From: a virus
Length of the DNA: 64,000 nt
Direction: 5' to 3' (one strand)
IMG/VR virus record: IMGVR_UViG_3300020182_002648
Span: 82,810-146,809 of that record
The notes beneath the pieces are model-generated. The model made no database searches. It saw only the letters and a program-made list of their open reading frames with translations, and was not told where the DNA came from. This document shows positions 45,446-54,328 of this stretch, one piece after another (position 1 is the first letter of the stretch; each line of letters begins with the position of its first letter). A program made the translations under genes and the position numbers.

Positions 45446-46233
45446 GTCTTTTGATGTAAGATAATAGTATATGGATGTTTGGCTAATATATCCTTCTCAG
45501 AAATACCAGAATCGCAAGGGAGAGAGTAGTTAGCTATTATGTTTGTGTCTATCACTTGTGACAAGTATTTAGCTCCCTCAGGTGAATTAACATAATACCA
45601 TATGGCTATATCATAATTTAAGCGTGCATACGCTTTCTTGTGTATATATCTATACAACAATTCCTTGCTACCTTTCATAATGTCATATAATTCATCACAA
45701 TTCTTGTATAACGCGATTCCATTAAGATGGTATCTCCACTCGCTATCCGGTAATTTCTGTTTACCCTTGTATCTACTACCACCTATAATAAACTCCTTCA
45801 TATTACAGTAATGGACTAGTCCATCTAACCAATATTCACTCATTGGCCTTGAATCTGTTTCTATGACCATAACGAAATCATGAGATTTAGATTTAAGATA
45901 ATCGAACGTTCTATAGAAAGATTGATTAGGCCCGTTTGATTGTCCTAATTCATGTTTAACATCTACTTTATCATCGTGCGTGTATATATCTTCTTCAGCA
46001 GGGATATTACAGTTGTGTATATCTAGAGAGTTGACACTCTTATTGCTCTTGATGTAATCAAGCTGACTCGAATCGACATCAGTGTTAAGTGATATGATAA
46101 TATCGATCAACCGGTTCTCTGAAACACTCTCAACATATCTATCTATACACTCTTTAACATCACCAGATATGAGCTCTGATTTTGTAGTGATTAGAACTAA
46201 CGCGATCTTGTACTCCTCAGATCGTAACGGCAT
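45442..46233 (-). CDS. putative GT-A glycosyltransferase
   Basis: VMVIETD, HLNGIALY, island context. Confidence 0.5.
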   Translation of the reverse strand: MPLRSEEYKIALVLITTKSELISGDVKECIDRYVESVSENRLIDIIISLNTDVDSSQLDYIKSNKSVNSLDIHNCNIPAEEDIYTHDDKVDVKHELGQSNGPNQSFYRTFDYLKSKSHDFVMVIETDSRPMSEYWLDGLVHYCNMKEFIIGGSRYKGKQKLPDSEWRYHLNGIALYKNCDELYDIMKGSKELLYRYIHKKAYARLNYDIAIWYYVNSPEGAKYLSQVIDTNIIANYSLPCDSGISEKDILAKHPYTIILHQKT

Positions 46234-47060
46234 TACTCCGGACGTTTCCCGGTTGGTTTCCCGTCCTGACCTATGATACCAGCTCTGATCTTAGTGGCAG
46301 ACACTTCTTGTAACTCTTTGCTCAATTCCAATTGCTCGATGTTGTATCCAACACCGCGACCGTAAAACACATCCATTATGTTAGGTAGTTCGATAACCTT
46401 GATCTTGTCCCCAAATTCCACGCATGCAGCGTGTATCTCCGCTTTGACTTTCTCAAAGTCATATGGGTTACTGTCATCAATTCCACCAACGTCTCTAAGA
46501 GCTATGCAGCATTGACCTGTACGTTTCACAGCTTCCGCCACAAGAGTTTTGTGACCAACATGAAAAGGTTGATACCTACCAATTAACAATGCTGTAGGAG
46601 CTTGATTGTCCCACTTCTCGGTCTCGTAAATAGCTTCAAGAGCTTGTTCACACCACTCATCAGGTGTACCATCAGTTAAAATCAAATCTTTCTCATCCCA
46701 TCTAGCATCTTTGGTAGGATCCTCAAACATTTTGTTTGTGTCAGCGTATCTACCTTCTTCAATTCTGTTGACCCATATAACAAGATCAGGATTGAATAGC
46801 TCTCTAGCTTCTTCTGTGGGACAGCAAAAATCTGAAACTACATAACCACCACCAAGTGTGGCCCAGTCGGCAAGTTTGCCCATTCGACGTGCATGTTCAT
46901 TACGATCTTCCGGTGTGAATCCTAGATCCTTGTGGATCTCTTGCCTGATAGCATCAGCATTAAACCATACAGCTTGAAGCTTAGGAACTAGCTTTTCTGC
47001 CAACGTTGTCTTGCCTGAACCAGGAAGGCCCATGATTAAAATTTTTCGTTTTAAGCGCAT
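46233..47060 (-). CDS. cysC: adenylyl-sulfate kinase-like domain fused to HxGH nucleotidyltransferase
   Basis: GLPGSGKTT, NADAIR, DLGF...R, FE.P; then GRYQPFHVGH and VSATKIR. Confidence 0.8.
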   Translation of the reverse strand: MRLKRKILIMGLPGSGKTTLAEKLVPKLQAVWFNADAIRQEIHKDLGFTPEDRNEHARRMGKLADWATLGGGYVVSDFCCPTEEARELFNPDLVIWVNRIEEGRYADTNKMFEDPTKDARWDEKDLILTDGTPDEWCEQALEAIYETEKWDNQAPTALLIGRYQPFHVGHKTLVAEAVKRTGQCCIALRDVGGIDDSNPYDFEKVKAEIHAACVEFGDKIKVIELPNIMDVFYGRGVGYNIEQLELSKELQEVSATKIRAGIIGQDGKPTGKRPE

Positions 47061-47065
47061 ACAAA

Positions 47066-47073
47066 TACTTATT
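47066..47073 (-). promoter_or_regulatory. late-type promoter AATAAGTA, 5 nt before cysC ATG
   Basis: Member of recurrent NNTAARTA-N5-ATG family. Confidence 0.6.
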
Positions 47074-47137
47074 CAAACCCCGGAGGATCTTTCTTCGTAA
47101 GCGCGACATAATTATGCTTTTTTTGATAAGTAATTAC

Positions 47138-47356
47138 ATGAGCGGAGATTACGATAAATTATTAGGGGATTTGCAAGAGAACAGTGCCCGGAATGTAGAC
47201 CTTAGGTTAGCCTTGAAGCATGCACACCAAAAGATAGATGAGCTCGAGAAAGAAGTTTTCAGATATAAAATGTTAATGGCGGGCAAGGACGAGATGATGA
47301 ATTCTCTAGGATGGGCATGTAAGAAGCCTGAGGAGAAATACAACGGAGACGCTTAA
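47138..47356 (+). CDS. coiled-coil hypothetical protein
   Basis: GATAAGTA-N5-ATG start. Confidence 0.55.
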   Translation: MSGDYDKLLGDLQENSARNVDLRLALKHAHQKIDELEKEVFRYKMLMAGKDEMMNSLGWACKKPEEKYNGDA

Positions 47357-47408
47357 ATTTAAAATAATGGTTGCATCGGTGTGATTGAGCATGTATAATA
47401 AAGGAGTT

Positions 47409-47642
47409 ATGAAAAATACACTAGATACAATCCAGAGTTTAATCGGAGGAGTTACTGCGGTACTTCTATCAGCATTAGGCTTGTTAGTCGTCGCCCAAGT
47501 AGTTTTTGGCGAAGCGACTAGTCTTAACGTCATCAGTAACCTACAAGGAATCCTAGACGGGTTCGTAGGGCAAGGTGCTAGCTTAGCAGGTATTATTACC
47601 CTGTTGTTAGTCGTTGCATTACTTCAACGCAAGAAAGAATAA
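47409..47642 (+). CDS. small 2-TM membrane protein
   Basis: TTGCAT-N17-TATAAT, AAGGAG SD, own terminator. Confidence 0.75.
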   Translation: MKNTLDTIQSLIGGVTAVLLSALGLLVVAQVVFGEATSLNVISNLQGILDGFVGQGASLAGIITLLLVVALLQRKKE

Positions 47643-47665
47643 CAGTCCAGAATATTCTATACCCT

Positions 47666-47697
47666 AACCCGTTAGCCTAGTGCTAGCGGGTTTTTTT
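47666..47697 (+). terminator. rho-independent terminator
   Basis: AACCCGTTAGC-CTAGT-GCTAGCGGG followed by T7. Confidence 0.85.
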
Positions 47698-47723
47698 ATG
47701 TAAAAACCTTGTTTTATAGTGGC
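47687..47723. repeat. direct repeat copy 1 (37 bp)
   Basis: cgggtttttttatgtaaaaaccttgttttatagtggc. Confidence 0.85.
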
Positions 47724-48268
47724 TTGCCTGTATTAACGTCAAATTTATTTGGTTGAGCTGCTGGTAGTGGCTTGCCTGTATTAACGTCAAATTTATTTGG
47801 TTGAGCTGCTGGTAGTGGCTTGCCTGTATTAACGTCAAATTTATTTGGTTGAGCTGCTGGTTGAGCTGCTGGTAGTGGCTTGCCTGTATTAACGTCAAAT
47901 TTATTTGGTTGAGCTGCAGCATCGCTAGCGACGCGACGCTCATTTCGACTGACAACCTGCTTATATGTCTTATCTATCATTTGATTGTATTTATCAATGA
48001 TAGGTTTCTCCGTTGGACCTAGTTGATCATAAGTACCACCCTTCAAGTAACTTTGCATGTTTGTATCATACTGCGCGAATAGTGTCATCTGAGCAGGTGA
48101 TAATGCCTCCCACTCGACTCCTGCTTTAGTGGCATCATACCATTCGGGCATTGGTGGTAATTCCATTCCCTGGTCGGCCATCAACTTCTTTACCCCAGAG
48201 TTCCGTTGTTGGTGGTAATCCACCGAAGAATATGCCTCCCAAAGTAACCTACTATCTATATCAGTCAT
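47714..48268 (-). CDS. putative internal virion protein with C-terminal 16-aa repeats
   Basis: MTDIDSRLLWEAY start; TATAAATA at 48274..48281. Confidence 0.65.
   Translation of the reverse strand: MTDIDSRLLWEAYSSVDYHQQRNSGVKKLMADQGMELPPMPEWYDATKAGVEWEALSPAQMTLFAQYDTNMQSYLKGGTYDQLGPTEKPIIDKYNQMIDKTYKQVVSRNERRVASDAAAQPNKFDVNTGKPLPAAQPAAQPNKFDVNTGKPLPAAQPNKFDVNTGKPLPAAQPNKFDVNTGKPL
47717..47918 (-). repeat. 4x 48-bp tandem repeat (PAAQPNKFDVNTGKPL) with one 12-bp insertion
   Basis: Identical units in frame. Confidence 0.9.
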
Positions 48269-48320
48269 ATTTTTATTTATACCCATTACAATTGAATAAC
48301 AGTTAAACTTCATGCTCAAT

Positions 48321-48356
48321 CGGGTTTTTTATGTAAAAACCTTGTTTTATAGTGGC
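48321..48356. repeat. direct repeat copy 2 (36 bp)
   Basis: Identical to copy 1 except one fewer T. Confidence 0.85.
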
Positions 48357-48387
48357 ATTCATATAAGTAATGATTTATAATTAAGAT

Positions 48388-48717
48388 ATGAAAGCATTAT
48401 TTTCCATTGTATTCTTTATTCCGTTAGCATTTTTGTTACTTGGTTCATCACATAACGCTCCTGAGAAGGAAAACAATCTGAACATCACCAAGGCTGTGGT
48501 GAAGATACCTAGGGACAATTTACCAGAAGTGAAGCATCCAGTTGTTATACAGATCGAACATCAAGGGTTTCCTTTTGATATAAGCGGAAACTTTCCATAT
48601 GTTGTTATGGTTGACAACAGAGTGTATAGGTGCAACAAGGATGATGTCAAGCTGTTCTTAGAGAAGATTGTAACAGACAAGCCGTTTGTCCCTGGTCGTG
48701 TTCAGGGATTGAATTAA
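48388..48717 (+). CDS. secreted/membrane-anchored hypothetical protein
   Basis: N-terminal hydrophobic segment; TGGCAT-N17-TATAAT-N6-ATG. Confidence 0.6.
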   Translation: MKALFSIVFFIPLAFLLLGSSHNAPEKENNLNITKAVVKIPRDNLPEVKHPVVIQIEHQGFPFDISGNFPYVVMVDNRVYRCNKDDVKLFLEKIVTDKPFVPGRVQGLN

Positions 48718-49254
48718 TCACTCACCGCGTTCCGGTAAGCCTTCACCTCTTCTGTAATCATTTTCTGACTGACTGAACAAGTCAGCATCCGGATCTTCTT
48801 CTTCCATTGGCGGAAACTTTATATACTCAAGGAAATGACCATCAGCCAATCCAACAATCACGTCACCTAGATCGTGCTCAATCACGCCTCCCATACCATC
48901 TCCATCAGATCCATATGATTTAAACTCGTCAGAAGGTTCCAGTACAAAAAACGAACCCTCACGACTTGGCCGAAACAACTTGTCCAAGCCCATGGGCAAT
49001 TGCTCTAATGCTTGTCTCATCTGTTGTTCACTATCGAAAGCACCATCTTTAGGTCCTCTGTATACATACTCTCTACCATAATCATCGAGCTCCTTTTGTT
49101 CAGGAGGTCTGTTGAGTTTCAAACTTGAAGATTTACTTGGTTGAGGTCTTCTGCTAGGATTTTCATTCGCGAAGTCCATGTGTTCGTCCTCAATACCTTC
49201 ATTGTTGGTCATGTATGCTTCCCAAATTAGTTGCACGTCTTTGTTACTGCTCAT
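48718..49254 (-). CDS. putative internal virion protein
   Basis: MSSNKDVQLIWEAY start; GATAAGTA-N5-ATG. Confidence 0.55.
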   Translation of the reverse strand: MSSNKDVQLIWEAYMTNNEGIEDEHMDFANENPSRRPQPSKSSSLKLNRPPEQKELDDYGREYVYRGPKDGAFDSEQQMRQALEQLPMGLDKLFRPSREGSFFVLEPSDEFKSYGSDGDGMGGVIEHDLGDVIVGLADGHFLEYIKFPPMEEEDPDADLFSQSENDYRRGEGLPERGE

Positions 49255-49347
49255 ATACTTACTTATCATGTACAACCTATGTTGCATCAGTTTATCACTA
49301 AAAAAGTTTGGATTCAATCATCGTGTGGCAATGGCATAAGTAACTAT

Positions 49348-50295
49348 ATGTATTATGATTTATTTAATGGTGATGCTGACGGTATGATCAGCACTCATAT
49401 GTACCGGACTTTCATGCCTAAGGATTCTATCAAGTTCACGGGCATGAAGAGAGACATCAAGTTGCTTAGACATGTCACCAAAGCTCATGACAGTATCATA
49501 ACTGTATTTGATGTGTCTCTCGCGAGTAACGACGATTACGTGGAGAAGATTTTGCAGAATAATAATAATATCAGGTGGTTTGATCATCACGACCCAGGAG
49601 AGACTGACTTTGGAGATAGATTGATGGCTAAGATTGATCCTGATCCGGATTGTTGTACTGCTATACTGGTTGATAAACATCTAGATGGATTGTACCGACC
49701 GTGGACAATCGCTGCAGCGTTTGGTGACAACTTGCATAAGCAAGCAGAGGAGATGAACCCAAACATGTCTCAAGAGAGAATGGACACATTGCGTACCATA
49801 GGTGAGACGTTGAATTATAGTGGTTATGGTAATACTGAGGATGACTTGTTAGCACAACCTATAGACATATATGAGGACATGGCTCAATATCGTAATCCGT
49901 TCAATTACTTCAGAAGAAGCAGATTGTTTCACTCCATACATGATCAAATGTTAGCAGACAAAGAGCAGTTGTCTCGATCCGCAGTGTTGTTTGATGAAGA
50001 ATTCGGCATGGTGGTACAATTGCCTAGTTCTGTAGCTAGTTCACGATACAGTGGTATATATAGCAACGACCTGGCCATGAGTGATCCAGACAAAGCGTTT
50101 GCTATAGTAACTGCAAACGGAGAAGACTTCAAGGTTAGTATCAGAGCTCCAATCAACAGACCAACTGGTGCAGTCACGTTAGCTAATCAATTTCCAACAG
50201 GTGGAGGAAGAGAGAAGGCTGCTGGCATAAATGTACTACCTCAAGACAAAATACATGAGTTTTATAGTGGTTTTAGTGATATTTTTAATGTATAA
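49348..50295 (+). CDS. DHH family phosphoesterase
   Basis: NGDADG, FDHH, GGGREKAAG; CATAAGTA-N5-ATG. Confidence 0.88.
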   Translation: MYYDLFNGDADGMISTHMYRTFMPKDSIKFTGMKRDIKLLRHVTKAHDSIITVFDVSLASNDDYVEKILQNNNNIRWFDHHDPGETDFGDRLMAKIDPDPDCCTAILVDKHLDGLYRPWTIAAAFGDNLHKQAEEMNPNMSQERMDTLRTIGETLNYSGYGNTEDDLLAQPIDIYEDMAQYRNPFNYFRRSRLFHSIHDQMLADKEQLSRSAVLFDEEFGMVVQLPSSVASSRYSGIYSNDLAMSDPDKAFAIVTANGEDFKVSIRAPINRPTGAVTLANQFPTGGGREKAAGINVLPQDKIHEFYSGFSDIFNV

Positions 50296-50338
50296 CAATT
50301 AGTTGCTATTTCTCTGTATTTATGTTATAATTATATAT

Positions 50339-51604
50339 ATGGACGAACTCAACAGAAGACAATTTGTAACACAACTAGCAAAAACGTGCCTGGGTGTGGG
50401 TATGTTACCTCTCACGCAGAACTACATGCATGCTGATCAACTGAAAACATCACGTGTCATGGCCAAAGCGCAACATGTGATATACTTGAACATGAGTGGA
50501 GCCATGAGCCATGTGGACACATTTGATCCAAAACCAGGCACAACCAGTCAAGGACCTGTACAACCAATACAATCAAGCGCGGATGATATACAACTGTCTG
50601 AGTACTTACCGAACATAGCATCACAAATGCATAACGCAGCACTGATCAGATCTGTCAAATCAAGTCAAGGTGCACATGAACAAGCCAGTTACTTGATGCA
50701 CACCAGTTATCAAAAGAGAGGCACAATCTCGCACCCCACATTCGGCAGCTGGGTGAGCAAATTAAAGGGTAGTAAAAACACAACAATTCCCAACCACGTG
50801 AAGATCGGAGGAGGTCCTGGGCATGCTGGTTATCTAGAAGCCAAGCACGGGCCAGTACCAATTGGCAATCCAAAAGCTGGTCTGGCCAACAGCAAGCTGG
50901 CTGAATACTTAGGTACCAGTCGATTCGACCGCCGGCTCATGGTGTCATCTGCAATGAACAAGACTTTCACGGAGAGTTACCCGCAAAAGAAAGTGAGAGC
51001 ATACACTGATCTATACAAAGATGCGGTCAAGTTGATGAGAAGTACCGATTTGTTAGCGTTTGATATAGAATCTGAACCAGAGAGCATGCACGAGTTGTAT
51101 GGTGATAGTAATTTTGGTCAAGGTTGCCTGCTAGCCAGACGATTGATCGAGCATGGTGTGCGTTATGTGGAGGTGACCAGAGGAGGTTGGGACACACATG
51201 ATGATAATTTTGAAAGAGTCGCGGACAATTGCCTGGATGTTGACAATGCCGTTGGCGCGTTGCTCAGAGACCTGGACAGAAGAGGGTTGCTGAGCACCAC
51301 GCTCGTGGTGATGACTTCTGAATTTGGTCGCACTCCGGATATCAATCCCAGAGACGGTAGAGACCATTGGCCTAATGCATTCAGTGCCATGTTCGCTGGA
51401 GCTGGTATCAAAGGAGGTACATTGTATGGTAGTAGTGATGAGTTAGGCAAACGAGTTGCCGAGCATCCAACCAAACCAGAAGACCTGAATGCTACAATAG
51501 CACATTTAATGGGTATGTCCACTCTGGATATTCATTACTCACCTAGTGGCAGACCCTTCAAGGTGGCTCATGAGGGTACACCTGTTATGGATATAATCAA
51601 TTGA
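50339..51604 (+). CDS. DUF1501 protein with Tat signal
   Basis: NRRQF twin-Arg, SHVDTFDPKP, LLARRL.E.GV, GWDTH, SEFGRTP, GRDHWP; promoter 50303..50331. Confidence 0.92.
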   Translation: MDELNRRQFVTQLAKTCLGVGMLPLTQNYMHADQLKTSRVMAKAQHVIYLNMSGAMSHVDTFDPKPGTTSQGPVQPIQSSADDIQLSEYLPNIASQMHNAALIRSVKSSQGAHEQASYLMHTSYQKRGTISHPTFGSWVSKLKGSKNTTIPNHVKIGGGPGHAGYLEAKHGPVPIGNPKAGLANSKLAEYLGTSRFDRRLMVSSAMNKTFTESYPQKKVRAYTDLYKDAVKLMRSTDLLAFDIESEPESMHELYGDSNFGQGCLLARRLIEHGVRYVEVTRGGWDTHDDNFERVADNCLDVDNAVGALLRDLDRRGLLSTTLVVMTSEFGRTPDINPRDGRDHWPNAFSAMFAGAGIKGGTLYGSSDELGKRVAEHPTKPEDLNATIAHLMGMSTLDIHYSPSGRPFKVAHEGTPVMDIIN

Positions 51605-51774
51605 GAGAGCAATATTTAAAGCTCACAGAGATGTGGCAGAATGCTCAGTACAATGAAGTTGGTAGATATATCAACAATGCCGGTTGGTTACCTAGAGAGA
51701 TGGCTGAGTTTTGTGCATACTTCTGTAAATACCTGGGAACAAATCAGTTAAATATTCTTTATAAGTTCATTTAA
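51601..51774 (+). CDS. small hypothetical protein (57 aa, TTG start, not in ORF track)
   Basis: Open frame overlapping the DUF1501 stop. Confidence 0.45.
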   Translation: MREQYLKLTEMWQNAQYNEVGRYINNAGWLPREMAEFCAYFCKYLGTNQLNILYKFI

Positions 51775-51791
51775 GGTTATAAATACTGTAT

Positions 51792-52433
51792 ATGAAACCT
51801 GATGAAATTTACTTACGATATCAAGCGTATCAACATCTATTAACAGAAGGGTACACTTCTGAAGATGCTAGAGAGATGATATCAGAAGGGAAGTGGGATA
51901 GAGCTAAGGCTTTAGGAGCTCTAGCTCTAGGAAGCACCGGATTGTTAGGTGGTAATGCTGCTCACGCTTCTAGTGCGATGGACAGAGACGCTGATCTTCA
52001 GATGGCTCAATCGATTGAAGACAAGGGCAGGGGAATCAATTGGGGTAAGAAGAACATCAGAACCGGAAAGAAGGACATGCTTCCTAGTGGTGGTAGTATA
52101 ATTTTCACTGGATCTGATTTTGGTATGACTCATGATGAGTATCTGGAGTTGATAGATCAATACAAAAGATCGTTGTCACAATTTAATGGTTTCCGAGATA
52201 TGATAAAGATGGCATCAGAGGATGCACAAAATGCTAGTATTGAGGATCACGTCAAGAGAGCTCATGTAAAAGGTATTTTCAAGGGAATGGAAATAGAGGA
52301 TGCAATGGAACGCGCAGGTGTTTTAGATAAGAATCTAAGTGAGTTGTCTGGTATGATGGAGAAGACAATCAAGGAGATGATACAATTCCTCACTAGTTTG
52401 GACCGTGCTGGTTATATTGACTGGAGCAAATAA
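51792..52433 (+). CDS. putative internal virion protein with hydrophobic segment
   Basis: TATAAATA 51778..51785; LLTEG and ISEG possible L/I-x-E cleavage sites. Confidence 0.5.
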   Translation: MKPDEIYLRYQAYQHLLTEGYTSEDAREMISEGKWDRAKALGALALGSTGLLGGNAAHASSAMDRDADLQMAQSIEDKGRGINWGKKNIRTGKKDMLPSGGSIIFTGSDFGMTHDEYLELIDQYKRSLSQFNGFRDMIKMASEDAQNASIEDHVKRAHVKGIFKGMEIEDAMERAGVLDKNLSELSGMMEKTIKEMIQFLTSLDRAGYIDWSK

Positions 52434-52480
52434 ACTAACGGGAATACTATATTAATTCATTTGGACTGATAAATAATAAT

Positions 52481-53077
52481 ATGAAAGACAAAGATGCATT
52501 ACTTTTATGGGAATCTTATTTAGAGAGTACAAAACCGGACTTCGCTGACATTGACAAAGATGGAGACAAAAAGGAGTCCATGAAGAAGGCCGCTAAAGAC
52601 AAAGAAGAGGATACAGAGACTGTTGAAGAAACTGATCATAGTAATTTAAGAGCAGCTAGAACTGATAAAGAGAATGAGGAAGCTGACAAAGAGGAAGCTG
52701 ACAAAAAGAAGGATGACGATGGAGAAGATGTAGTTGAGGAAGCAGCAATGCCTGAGGATGATGTTTTCAGTGCTATTGAGATGGCTGAAGGTGGAGATTA
52801 CAGAGGTGCTATTGAAACAGCAGTATCTGCTATTGCTAACCACATGTTAAATGATATCGAGAATACTGGGAACGGTCCATTGGATGAAGCTGAGACAGCT
52901 GATGTATGGAACATCAAGGATGGTATCAAACTTGCAATGGAAGATTTATTCGGAGGAGCTAATGCAGAAGCATACGAGGCATTAACTAAAAATTTACGTA
53001 ACGCTTTTCATAAGAGTAGCAACGAACCAGCTATCGATGAGTACCAGCCAAGTCCTGAACAGGATTTAGGTTATTAA
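52481..53077 (+). CDS. acidic putative internal head protein
   Basis: MKDKDALLLWESY; KPDFADIDKDGDKKESMKKAAKD motif; GATAAATA-N5-ATG. Confidence 0.65.
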   Translation: MKDKDALLLWESYLESTKPDFADIDKDGDKKESMKKAAKDKEEDTETVEETDHSNLRAARTDKENEEADKEEADKKKDDDGEDVVEEAAMPEDDVFSAIEMAEGGDYRGAIETAVSAIANHMLNDIENTGNGPLDEAETADVWNIKDGIKLAMEDLFGGANAEAYEALTKNLRNAFHKSSNEPAIDEYQPSPEQDLGY

Positions 53078-53086
53078 TAAAGCAGA

Positions 53087-53572
53087 ATGACTCTAAGAGA
53101 GTTGATCCACTTTGTAATGGATCGCGGCAAGTCCACACACACCATAGGTTACATACACACATTTGATCCCAGGTGGAAGGAACGACCAATAGATGATGTG
53201 TTTCACAAGTACACCAATGCATTGAGAGAACTTCTAGAATTGTCAGGTGGTGACGAGCTTGAGGGTCATTCTATAGTTGTAGAAGGCAATGTACAAGATG
53301 GAGAGGAATTCACAGATGTGTACATAGGCAATGATGATGACAAGTGGAGCACCAGTTTTGTAGATTGGAATGAGTTGATAGACCTGCCAGTTGTAGACAT
53401 GACCAGTGTGGAGCTAACTGAGATGCTGGCTCATGTGTTGTATGATATTACGTTTTACGGATTCACTAGAAAAAGTGTGATGGACAGTGCTGAGAGTCTA
53501 CATGAAGTGATAAAAGAGGACACAATATTCTATGATCTTAGCAGCTTCACTGGTGATATCGATGTAGAGTAG
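53087..53572 (+). CDS. hypothetical protein
   Basis: W.ELIDLPV...LAHVLYDITFYGF. Confidence 0.6.
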   Translation: MTLRELIHFVMDRGKSTHTIGYIHTFDPRWKERPIDDVFHKYTNALRELLELSGGDELEGHSIVVEGNVQDGEEFTDVYIGNDDDKWSTSFVDWNELIDLPVVDMTSVELTEMLAHVLYDITFYGFTRKSVMDSAESLHEVIKEDTIFYDLSSFTGDIDVE

Positions 53573-53607
53573 TTGCACTTCACACAGATTGTCTTTATAA
53601 TTGTTAT

Positions 53608-54324
53608 ATGAAGTACAATCCAAAGCAACGCAGAAAGCTCCGAGCCACAAAAGCATACAATAACAACACCTTTCTCAACAGCCGGGAAGCTAGAAGTCTT
53701 CGTATACAGTGTGAGATGATTGAGCCTGGTATTCGATTGAAGCGGCTGGGTGTTGATCACATGATAACATTTTTCGGAAGTGCCAGACCAAAAGAAGATG
53801 ACCAGAATTATATAGATGCAAGGAATCTAGCGAGGATGTTAGGAGAGGTTGAAGGAGCAACAGGAGACGTTGGTATTAGCTCTGGTGGTGGACCTGGCAT
53901 CATGGAGGCAGTTAACAGAGGAGCAAGAGAGGGAGGCGCCAAGAGCATAGGCATGGGCATAAGTCTGCCATTCGAGCAAAGAAACAACCAGTATGTCAGC
54001 AGTGATTTAGATTTTGAGTTTCATTACTTCTTTACAAGGAAATACTGGTGTGTTTATCTGACCAAAGCGTATGTTATAATGCCTGGTGGTGTTGGCACGT
54101 TGGATGAGATGTTTGAGATTTTAACTTTGATACAAACTCAGAAAATGCCCGCGGTACCTATTGTGTTGTTCAATAGTGATTTCTGGAACAGAGTAGTTAA
54201 CTTTGATACTATGATCGAATACGGTACAATCTCACCAGAAGATGTGAATCTATTTAAAATTACTGATGATTATGATGAAGCTGTTAGTTATATCAGTGAT
54301 AATATTAACTTGGCACCTAAATAG
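53608..54324 (+). CDS. LOG family nucleotide phosphoribohydrolase (TIGR00730-like)
   Basis: FFGSAR, GGGPGIMEA, FFTRK, PGGVGTLDE; promoter 53573..53601. Confidence 0.92.
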   Translation: MKYNPKQRRKLRATKAYNNNTFLNSREARSLRIQCEMIEPGIRLKRLGVDHMITFFGSARPKEDDQNYIDARNLARMLGEVEGATGDVGISSGGGPGIMEAVNRGAREGGAKSIGMGISLPFEQRNNQYVSSDLDFEFHYFFTRKYWCVYLTKAYVIMPGGVGTLDEMFEILTLIQTQKMPAVPIVLFNSDFWNRVVNFDTMIEYGTISPEDVNLFKITDDYDEAVSYISDNINLAPK

Positions 54325-54328
54325 TTAT

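Noticed and set aside
47717-47918. Possible CRISPR array
   Set aside because: Units are contiguous 48-bp in-frame repeats with no unique spacers and no cas genes
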